From Pyrobaculum aerophilum str. IM2 (GTDB lineage: Archaea; Thermoproteota; Thermoprotei; Thermoproteales; Thermoproteaceae): 32,000 nt of DNA. This document shows, in pieces, positions 17,461 to 24,777 of this stretch. The notes under the pieces were generated by a model. The model searched no databases. It was not told the origin of the DNA and saw only the letters and a program-made list of their open reading frames with translations. The stretch lies in contig NC_003364.1 in the NCBI RefSeq assembly GCF_000007225.1, positions 600,001 through 632,000 of the forward strand, in the 5' to 3' direction. Each line of letters begins with the position of its first letter. The first letter of the stretch is position 1. The position numbers were made by a program, and so were the translations under genes.

Positions 17461-18456
17461 GTGTGCCTTAAATATTACGAGGCGTTAATTAGAGATGGCG
17501 GCTTTAAGGTAGGGACGGTGGAGGAGGCCTCTTGCCTCTCCTACTTGTTCGATAGACGGGTTGAAGTAGGCGAAGAGGTGAAGTTAGAAGAGCTCTACCC
17601 GACTCCGAATCACCACAGAGTATACCTCAATTCGCTTGATTTATTACGCGGCGGCTGGCCTACGCCGTTGCTTAAAATTTCTGAAAGGCCTAAAGAGGCA
17701 TATGCTAAGCTTGAGTGGTACAACCCCTTCAGCGGAAGCGTAAAAGACCGCACGGTGTATTACCTCTTGAAGTCGGTAGAGGGGGATAGGCTTGTGGAAG
17801 TGTCCAGCGGCAACGTGGCCATAGCCCTAGCCGCGCTTGGCAACGTAATGGGGAAGCGTGTGAAAATTTACATTCCCACGGCCGGGAAGTACGTAACTCC
17901 CCTTCTGGACTTCCTCGGCGCGGAGTGGCAAGTGCTGGACGTCTCCATGACTGTAGAGGCATTAGAGCACTTAGAGAAGGACATTAGAGAAGGCGCGGTG
18001 CATCCCAATCAATTCGGCAACGACCTCAACTTTATCGCCCATTTGAGAACAGCCGCTGAGATAGACTGGCAGCTCTCTGCAGTGGGGAGGAGGCCGGATT
18101 ACATAGTGGCTGGGATCGGCACCTCTGGCCACGCGTCTGCATTGGGTTTTTACTTCGGCGTAAGATACGGCGCGAAGCTCATCGCAGTACAGCCGAAGGA
18201 CTGGATACCCGGGATTAGGAGAGTGGAAAGCGGTATGAAGTGGATTAAGTACGTCAACGCCGAGATTTTAGACATATCGCTGTCAGAGGCCCTGGAGGGA
18301 GTTAGGGAATTCGCCAGGAGACACGGGCTTTTAATAGGGCCGAGCGCCGGGGCTGTGTACGCGGCTTTTTCCAAAATTGAATACCAAGGCACGTTAGTGC
18401 TGGTCTTTCCCGACAGTCTCTTTAAATACACGGCGTTATTAGAACAACTAAGGTAA
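17461..18456 (+). CDS. PLP-dependent cysteine synthase / tryptophan-synthase-beta-fold family enzyme
   Basis: 331 aa. PLP-lysine motif KLEWYNPFSGSVKDR, SSGNVAIALAALG and glycine loop GIGTSGHASALG. GTG is the first start codon after an in-frame TAG, with GTATTTAAATAG box about 30-35 nt upstream. About 60 aa of N-terminal extension before the catalytic core. Confidence 0.82.
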   Translation: MCLKYYEALIRDGGFKVGTVEEASCLSYLFDRRVEVGEEVKLEELYPTPNHHRVYLNSLDLLRGGWPTPLLKISERPKEAYAKLEWYNPFSGSVKDRTVYYLLKSVEGDRLVEVSSGNVAIALAALGNVMGKRVKIYIPTAGKYVTPLLDFLGAEWQVLDVSMTVEALEHLEKDIREGAVHPNQFGNDLNFIAHLRTAAEIDWQLSAVGRRPDYIVAGIGTSGHASALGFYFGVRYGAKLIAVQPKDWIPGIRRVESGMKWIKYVNAEILDISLSEALEGVREFARRHGLLIGPSAGAVYAAFSKIEYQGTLVLVFPDSLFKYTALLEQLR

Positions 18457-18698
18457 TCGGCCCCGCCTACACCGGCGGAGCGCCACAGCTGGCCACGAAG
18501 TGGGGAGTTAGGCGAGAGGTAGCTTTTTACAGTGAATGTCGAGGATTTTGCAAATCGCCGTTTGTCGGTCTTTGCGTGTGATCACTTCTTTATTAACGTG
18601 GAGACGCCAGTTAGAACTAGAGGCGTAGTCCTGCATTAAATGCTGGTGCGTCACCCACGATCTGTGAACAGTAAGACCCCCTCCCCACTCGGCGAGAA

Positions 18699-19445
18699 TT
18701 ATTTGCTCTTCAGCTCTCTCTTTTTCAAGACTAACAGCTCGGCCTTTCTCCCTCCGCACCCATCTACTGTAATTGTGCCGACGATATCGTAGGAGTCCAG
18801 CAGATTCCCAATATCCGCCCCAGGGGATTTAATTCTAATAGTGCGGAGATCTAAATCCACGTCGCCGCATGTGAGGCATACTCCTATAGCTTTGTCCAGC
18901 GCATTAGACGCACATATATACCTAGCCCTCGGCGCGAGGCCGGCCACTCTCTCCCAGTCAAGAAGGGAGTTGAACACTATTGCTACGGAGCTCGCCTCTG
19001 GCACCTCCCCCTTATACGGCTCTAGCCTTTTCGCCAGCCCTTCAATTTTCTTAATGGGGACGTTCTCTGTGTATAACACCACGTCGACTCTGCTTATTAC
19101 AGACACGGCGTCTGGGGTCAATACGTCGCCAGCCACGTCCACGAGGTATAGGCCTTGTAGCTCGGGCTCTGGTATGAGTTTTTCAATTTTTAATCGGTGT
19201 AGGAGGCGCCTCCCTTGGCTTGGCAACATGTAGCTCTCAATATAACCCTGTTTTCTCAGAGAGACAAGCGCCGCCCTCAAAGTCCTGACGGCAAGCCCTG
19301 TGCCTCTCTTCAAATCCTCAAATGTAAACCAAGTTTTGCCGTGATACACCACTTCAAATGCCATGTAGTATAATACAAGCCTCTGCGCTGGCGTCAGCCT
19401 CACGGCGTAATTACAGCGCCTCTTTAAATTTTTGTCCCCTGTCAA
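18699..19445 (-). CDS. Winged-helix (wHTH) protein with a C-terminal domain that weakly resembles a tetrapyrrole-methylase-type fold
   Basis: 248 aa. The N-terminus ..FTFEDLKRGTGLAVRTLRAALVSLRKQGYIE.. is wHTH-like. The following ..LYLVDVAGDVLTPDAVSVISRVDVVLYTEN.. recalls the N-terminal strand-loop-helix of TP_methylase/diphthine-synthase folds but lacks the Gly-rich loop. The TTG start overlaps the ThiF stop (TTGA), so the start is uncertain. Confidence 0.6.
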   Translation of the reverse strand: MTGDKNLKRRCNYAVRLTPAQRLVLYYMAFEVVYHGKTWFTFEDLKRGTGLAVRTLRAALVSLRKQGYIESYMLPSQGRRLLHRLKIEKLIPEPELQGLYLVDVAGDVLTPDAVSVISRVDVVLYTENVPIKKIEGLAKRLEPYKGEVPEASSVAIVFNSLLDWERVAGLAPRARYICASNALDKAIGVCLTCGDVDLDLRTIRIKSPGADIGNLLDSYDIVGTITVDGCGGRKAELLVLKKRELKSK

Positions 19446-20185
19446 AGGCCCCTTGCGCCTCTCCCGCAGACTGGGCAGTTGGGGTTCTTCTCAATTTCAA
19501 TTATGTCAAATGTCATGTGTTTGAGATCCACGACAAGCAGTTTCCCGGCCAGTGCTGGCGTCCCCAGCGCGGTTCTAAACACCTCTAGGGCCATAAGGGA
19601 GGATATGACGCCTACAGACGGCCCTAACACTGGGCAGAAGCCAGCGGCGCAAGAGGGCAGCGCCTTAAAACGCCCGAAGAGATCCTCGAGGCAAGGGGTC
19701 TTTCCAGGTATAATCGTAGTTACGTGGCCGTACCACTCTTGCACAGCGCCGTGTATTAACGCCTTACCCTTTCTCACAGCCGCGGCGTTGACCACATGTC
19801 TTGAGGCCCAGTTGTCCAAGGCGTCGACGGCAATGTCTACTTCCGACATTATTCTATCGGCGAGGTCTGGGCTTATGGGCTCTGCCACGGGCACCACCTC
19901 CACCTCTGGGTTAACCGCTGAGAGAACTCTGGCAGCCACCTCGGCCTTCGGCTTCCCCACGTCATGAGAGGTGTAGAGGATCTGTCTGTGTATGTCGGGT
20001 ATGGACACAGTGTCGAAGTCAACCAGCACCAGCTTCTTAAACCCTCCCCCTGCGACGTAGCGGGCAATTAAAGTGCCGAGCCCGCCCACGCCGAAGACCG
20101 CGACTGAGGTTCTCCCTATCTTTTTCTGCCCCTCTTCGCCTATTACTGGTATTTGTCTACTGTATCTGTCAAGGACTTTCATCAC
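19442..20185 (-). CDS. ThiF/MoeB/UbaA-type E1-like adenylyltransferase
   Basis: 247 aa. RYSRQ, nucleotide loop VFGVGGLGTLIARYVAGGG, DFDTVSIPDIHRQ, SCAAGFCPVLGPSVGVISSLMALE and C-terminal CPVCG. Confidence 0.9.
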   Translation of the reverse strand: MMKVLDRYSRQIPVIGEEGQKKIGRTSVAVFGVGGLGTLIARYVAGGGFKKLVLVDFDTVSIPDIHRQILYTSHDVGKPKAEVAARVLSAVNPEVEVVPVAEPISPDLADRIMSEVDIAVDALDNWASRHVVNAAAVRKGKALIHGAVQEWYGHVTTIIPGKTPCLEDLFGRFKALPSCAAGFCPVLGPSVGVISSLMALEVFRTALGTPALAGKLLVVDLKHMTFDIIEIEKNPNCPVCGRGARGL

Positions 20186-20330
20186 CTCTTAAATACAGGG
20201 CGGTGAGCAACCAGAGGCCTGTCAAGGCCATAAGCCCCTTTTTAAAGATAGAGGCGCCTGCCGCTGGCGAGAGGACTATAATTACGAGAAGCCCCAGCAG
20301 ACCCATTCTCAGCGCAGAAAAGAAGTTCAT
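20169..20330 (-). CDS. Possible small membrane protein (53 aa) heading the ThiF operon
   Basis: MNFFSALRMGLLGLLVIIVLSPAAGASIFKKGLMALTGLWLLTALYLRGDESP has two hydrophobic segments. The internal ATG at 20330 sits 21-28 nt from the TATATAT box at 20351-20358. Its 3' end overlaps the ThiF start by 17 nt. The longer 96-aa track ORF would run through the promoter. Confidence 0.45.
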   Translation of the reverse strand: MNFFSALRMGLLGLLVIIVLSPAAGASIFKKGLMALTGLWLLTALYLRGDESP

Positions 20331-20350
20331 AGTATTGAGATTTCTAGAAC

Positions 20351-20358
20351 ATATATAA
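20351..20358. promoter_or_regulatory. Single near-palindromic TATA element (ATATATAA) shared by divergent leaderless genes
   Basis: It lies in the 47-bp gap between minus-strand ATG 20330 and plus-strand ATG 20378, 20-28 nt from each start. Confidence 0.4.
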
Positions 20359-20377
20359 CTTGTGTCCGCAAGAGGGT

Positions 20378-21067
20378 ATGATGGATATGGCAGAGCTGTT
20401 AAAAAGAAAAGCCGTAGTGGGCCACAGGGGCTATCCCGCCAGAGAGCTTGAGAACACAATACCCTCTATAGATGTCGCGATAAAACACGGCGCAGATATC
20501 GTCGAGGTAGACGTTCAAGTCACTATTGACGGCGTGGCTGTGTTAAGCCACGACGATACGTTACAGAGGACATTTGGGTCGCCGCTTAATGTGCGGAAGT
20601 CCACTTGGGAAGAGGTGAAAAAAGTGGCGAGGGGGCGCTACCGCGTTCCCGCTCTGAGGGAGGCCCTCGAGTTTGTCGCCGAGAGAGCGGGCGTTTTTGT
20701 CGAGGTGAAACACCCTGAAGACGCCGCCGTGGTGTGGAGAGATATACGAGAAGCCGGCGCCGAGAAGTGGACGGCGGTTATAAGTTTTTACGACGAGGCA
20801 TTAGCCAAAATCCCGGGCTACAAGGGGCTTATATACGCCAAGCCGCCTGGGCGGGTGGTTGAGGCCAAAAAACTCAACTGCCTGTTAGTCCTCCCCCGGT
20901 ATACGCTGGCCACAGAAAAGGCAATATCTCTGGCGCATAAACTGGGCATGTACGTAGTTGCGTGGACTGTGAACGATCCAACAGTAGCCCTAAACCTCTG
21001 GAAAAGAGGCGTAGACGGAATAGCCACAGACGACTTGGAGGCCGTAAAGCCTACGAAGCCGCCATAG
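20378..21067 (+). CDS. Glycerophosphodiester phosphodiesterase (GDPD family)
   Basis: About 229 aa from the ATG cluster at 20378/20381/20387. GDPD motifs VVGHRGYPARELENT and VEVDVQVTIDGVAVLSHDDTL. The TTG at 20360 (track start) lies inside the TATA region and is unlikely to be used. Confidence 0.9.
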   Translation: MMDMAELLKRKAVVGHRGYPARELENTIPSIDVAIKHGADIVEVDVQVTIDGVAVLSHDDTLQRTFGSPLNVRKSTWEEVKKVARGRYRVPALREALEFVAERAGVFVEVKHPEDAAVVWRDIREAGAEKWTAVISFYDEALAKIPGYKGLIYAKPPGRVVEAKKLNCLLVLPRYTLATEKAISLAHKLGMYVVAWTVNDPTVALNLWKRGVDGIATDDLEAVKPTKPP

Positions 21068-21718
21068 GGATTAAAGCCGGCTTGTCTGCATAGCTAATAG
21101 CGACTCCGCCTCAACTATAAAAAGGCCTCCTAGAGACTTTTGTCAGAGGGCGTCCAAAAGCTCTGTTGCCGAAGCCGCCTCACAGTTTTCCACGTAATAA
21201 AGCCGCCGAAAATTTACACGCCGGTTATCACAAGCGTGCGGGGAGTAAAACATCGGCGGGGACGGCACCTAGGTATTTAAAAAATCCCGTGATATGTGGG
21301 AGATCCGCCCGAGTTATGAGGACTCCGCGTACCTCCTTAATTCGTCTATCAGCTTAGTTCCAGAGGCGAGTTGCGCCCCCGCGGGCGCGTCGCAGGTTTA
21401 AAACGCCGCCCGCCTTACAAAAGGCCTCTCGGCGACAAAACAAGACATCTCAACGTCCTCCCATTAGAAGGCTTGTGATCTTTTCAAGCCGTATCATACC
21501 CCCACCGTGGCGTGCGTTTAAACACGCTTCCCCCGCTAAAGGGTTGGAGGCTAAGAGAACCCGCCTCTTCTCTACGCACCTGAGCTCAGCACTCGGCAAA
21601 ATCTTCATAGTTCAGGCGAGGTCTCCATACATCACCCAACGCAATTTTTTACCTGGCTTTAAAAAATTAAACCGTTAAGTTTAATAGTATAAGCCCTCCT
21701 GCAACTGTACCGCTTCCC

Positions 21719-22417
21719 ATGGAGCTGTATTTCTATCCTGAGACTTTACTTATAGAGAACTTCAAGAGCATTCGGCGGCTTGAACTTAAGCTCAGGCCGG
21801 GAGTTAACCTCTTAGTGGGTCCCAACGCCTCGGGCAAGACTAACATACTAGAAGCTATTTATTCGTTTCACAAGGCTCTTTTCCCCCCGGGAGTTGCTCA
21901 AAATTCCATACTCGCCACACTTGCCTATGTACTGGAGGGCGTCAGATTTGTTCTACATGGGCGATACGTCAAAACACTTGGGGTTTGGCCTTAGTCTACG
22001 GCGTCAGCGCATTTGTAGGGGTAAGTTATACACGGGGCGGGTAAATTTGCACGCTAAGTTTCTCCACAAAGGGGGCTCGGTAGAGCCCCGGTATGTGGAA
22101 ATCACCGCAAATGCAATAGGGTCTTGGAGCGGAAGGTAAAGGCGCGAGTTCTGGGCAAGGACTTTAAGGCCGTATTCGTAATAGATCGCGAGGATAACGA
22201 TATAGACAGCGCTAAGAGCAGCGTCTTAAGCCATTTTTCAAACCCCAGTAATATTAAAGTAGTCGTCGTGGATCCAAGACACGAGGCTTAGCTGTGCATA
22301 GGTCTTGGACATGAGGCGAAAAAATGCCGTACGTCGCCGGAGGATGTAATTGCGCGAAACCGCGGGGAAAGCGCAGGCTTGCGGAGTGGGCCGGCGAGAT
22401 TGACGTGGGAAGGTTAG
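21719..22417 (+). pseudogene. Decayed Walker-A ATPase + TOPRIM/DUF4276-like gene (OLD-like or AAA-ATPase-associated nuclease type)
   Basis: N-terminus MELYFYPETLLIENFKSIRRLELKLRPGVNLLVGPNASGKTNILEAIY is the typical start of SMC/RecF/OLD-type ATPases. The reading stops at 21992-21994 and continues only in another frame (21894-22139). It then returns to the first frame as ..KAVFVIDREDNDIDSAKSSVLSHFSNPSNIKVVVVDPRHEA*LCIGLG. There, TAG at 22289-22291 sits where a Trp (TGG) is expected in the E-A-W motif. Total length is far shorter than intact relatives. Confidence 0.5.
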
Positions 22418-22465
22418 AGAAGGAGGCGGACTTCGGCGTCAGCTATTTAACACATTGTCAAATCC

Positions 22466-22496
22466 CTAGCCTCTGCCGAGGCTAGCCCGTTGTTTT
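22466..22496 (+). terminator. Perfect 8-bp hairpin (CTAGCCTC-TGCC-GAGGCTAG) followed by a T-rich run
   Basis: Stem 22466-22473 pairs with 22478-22485, loop TGCC, then CCCGTTGTTTT. Located about 50 nt after the end of the decayed gene. Confidence 0.3.
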
Positions 22497-22636
22497 CCAC
22501 AGAAAGCGGCGATTGCCGTTGCTAAACGGGCCTGACCCTGGGCGGTGTATTGAAGCTTGTTACTTGCGGTTATAGTGACAAATACTTTATATATTGTTAG
22601 CGTTGTGCCTCTTATGGGGTCGAGTGGTCGGCGGCT

Positions 22637-23998
22637 TTGGCCCTCTTAGCCCTTTTAGCCACGTTTGGAAGAATGGCAATAGCTTTGTTGATTACAATAG
22701 CTGTTGCATATGCCGTCGCCTATGCGATGCACAAGTCTAGGCGAGTGGAGTCTTTCGTGCTCCCAGTGCTTGACGTTTTGCAGTCTGTGCCCATCCTCGG
22801 CTTTTTCCCCATTGCCCTATACGTCTTCATATACCTATTTCCAGTGGTGGGGGCCGAGCTCGCGGCCATTTTCTTAATCTTTACCTCTATGGCCTGGAAT
22901 ATAATCTTCAGCGTCTACCAGTCGTTTAAGACTATGCCGTCGGAGTACGTGGATATGGCCCGGATTTACCTCAACGAGAGGCTTGAGCTGGCCCATGTAT
23001 ACATACCGGCGGCCTTGAGGGGGATTTATTACAACATCCCCGTGTCCTGGGCGAATGCCTTTTTCTTCATAACTGCCTCGGAGGTAATAACTTTGGGCAC
23101 TGAGATAAGGCTATTCGGCATTGGGAGCCTTGTGGTGGAGGCGTTTAACGCCGGCGATTACGCCACGGCATATATAGGCATAGCCGCAGGCGCCCTAGCC
23201 AACTCTCTTCTTTACTTGACGCTCTGGCGGAAGCTGACTAGAGAAGTGCCGCAGCCCCCGAATTCCCTCGCCGAGAGCCTCAGCGCATGGCTGAAATACG
23301 GGTGGTACGTCGTCGTTGCGCTCACGGCCTTGTTCATTACGGCGGTTGGCTACTACGTCGCAAAAGCCCCCCCGTCCCTCCCCCAGCTGGGGGAGTTCCT
23401 CCGCGGAGCGGCCGAGTCAGCCGAGGCGCTTCCGCCCTCTCTTTTACGAGTAGTTGCAGTTTTGGCTATCAGCGGGGCGGCCGGGCTGGCGGCTTTATAC
23501 TCTGTTGTAAAAAAGCCGGGTTGGGAAACTGCCATTCTGCTGGGGACGTCGCTTTTATCCTCCATACCGGCAGTGTTTTTATACCCACTCCTCGGCGCTG
23601 TGGTGAAGGGGGAGCTCTTGGCAATTTTGCTTCTAATGCCCGGGGCATTGATTTACTCAGTGCTTAATACAATAGCCGCATGGCGCGACGTGCCGCAGGA
23701 CTTGGCCAGGGCGTATCAAATAGGCGGCGCGGCCTATTTTCTCCACATATTAGTGCCAGCCTCCCTTCCCTATTTAATAACTGGCATGTTAACCACATGG
23801 GGAGGCGCGTGGAACGCGGCCATAGTTGCCGAACCCCTGGCAAGCGTCCACGGGCTGGGCCGGTACATGGCAGACGCGGCCGACGCCGGCGATATGCCCC
23901 GCCTCTTGGCGTCGGTGATAACCATGACGGCACTGGTCGTCGCGGTGAATAAATTCGTGTGGAAGAGGCTGTACGAAGAGGCGGCAAAATGGCGTTGA
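22637..23998 (+). CDS. ABC transporter permease, duplicated (two fused NitT/TauT-type transmembrane domains)
   Basis: 453 aa. Two permease halves, each with an EAA-like cytoplasmic loop (..MPSEYVDMARIYLNERLELAHVYIPAALRG.. and ..VPQDLARAYQIGGAAYFLHILVPASLPYL..). TTG is the only start codon before internal Met13. CTTTATATATTG box at about 22584-22595. Confidence 0.85.
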   Translation: MALLALLATFGRMAIALLITIAVAYAVAYAMHKSRRVESFVLPVLDVLQSVPILGFFPIALYVFIYLFPVVGAELAAIFLIFTSMAWNIIFSVYQSFKTMPSEYVDMARIYLNERLELAHVYIPAALRGIYYNIPVSWANAFFFITASEVITLGTEIRLFGIGSLVVEAFNAGDYATAYIGIAAGALANSLLYLTLWRKLTREVPQPPNSLAESLSAWLKYGWYVVVALTALFITAVGYYVAKAPPSLPQLGEFLRGAAESAEALPPSLLRVVAVLAISGAAGLAALYSVVKKPGWETAILLGTSLLSSIPAVFLYPLLGAVVKGELLAILLLMPGALIYSVLNTIAAWRDVPQDLARAYQIGGAAYFLHILVPASLPYLITGMLTTWGGAWNAAIVAEPLASVHGLGRYMADAADAGDMPRLLASVITMTALVVAVNKFVWKRLYEEAAKWR

Positions 23999-24723
23999 TA
24001 GAAGTAAACAAGATCAAGAAGAGGTATGGCAAAGTAGAGGTGTTTAACGATCTCAGCATCGACATAGAGACCGGGGAGTTCGTGGCGTTGCTCGGCCCAT
24101 CTGGTTGCGGCAAGTCCACGCTCCTCAGAATAATAGCAGGCCTTGAGCGCCCCGACTCGGGCGAGGTGAGGTTCAGGGGGGAGCCTGTGAGGGGGCCCAG
24201 GAGGGAGATAGCGCTGATGTTCCAATCGCCGACTATACTGCCGTGGAAAACGGCGCAGGACAACGTGGCCCTCCCCCTAGTGGCCAGGGGGATGGGCTGG
24301 CGCGAGGCGAGGGAGGCGGCTGCCCGCTATTTGGCATTAGTGGGCCTCTCAGGGTTTGAGGAGGCTTATCCAAAGCAGCTCTCAGGAGGGATGCAACAGA
24401 GAGTGGCCCTCGCCAGGGCGCTTGCAGTTGAGCCCGAGGTATTGCTACTAGACGAGCCCTTCTCAGCCCTAGACCCCCTCACAGCGGAGAGCTTAAGGGC
24501 AGAGCTTGTGAGGATATGGCACGAGAACCTCTCAACAGTGCACACTGTGATAATGGTGACCCACGCAGTGGACGAGGCCGTTTACATGGCAAACAGAGTG
24601 GTCGTTTTAAGCACGAGGCCCGCGAAAATTGTGGCCGACATAAAAATCAATTTGCCATATCCGCGCAATAGGAAGAGCCCGGAGTTCCAGAAGTACCTAG
24701 ACCAAGTATATACGTATATTTAA
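23989..24723 (+). CDS. ABC transporter ATP-binding protein (nitrate/sulfonate/bicarbonate NitT/TauT-like family)
   Basis: Walker A LLGPSGCGKST, signature LSGGMQQRVALARAL, Walker B LLLDEPFSALD, family-typical LMFQSPTILPWKTAQDNV. The ATG at 23989 overlaps the permease stop by 10 nt and is preferred over track start 23959. Confidence 0.92.
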   Translation: MALIEVNKIKKRYGKVEVFNDLSIDIETGEFVALLGPSGCGKSTLLRIIAGLERPDSGEVRFRGEPVRGPRREIALMFQSPTILPWKTAQDNVALPLVARGMGWREAREAAARYLALVGLSGFEEAYPKQLSGGMQQRVALARALAVEPEVLLLDEPFSALDPLTAESLRAELVRIWHENLSTVHTVIMVTHAVDEAVYMANRVVVLSTRPAKIVADIKINLPYPRNRKSPEFQKYLDQVYTYI

Positions 24724-24777
24724 TGCCGGGAGATTATCCAGTGAGAGTTAAATTTTTAAAGCTGTTTTTTTTGACAC

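Noticed and set aside
18508-18759. 83-aa minus-strand ORF downstream of, and overlapping, the wHTH gene.
   Set aside because: No motif, no obvious promoter, and a 61-nt overlap with the preceding gene in a different frame. It cannot be supported from sequence alone.
20331-20459. Long version (96 aa) of the small membrane ORF.
   Set aside because: It would be transcribed through the divergent promoter and the start of the GDPD gene. The internal ATG at 20330 has proper TATA spacing.
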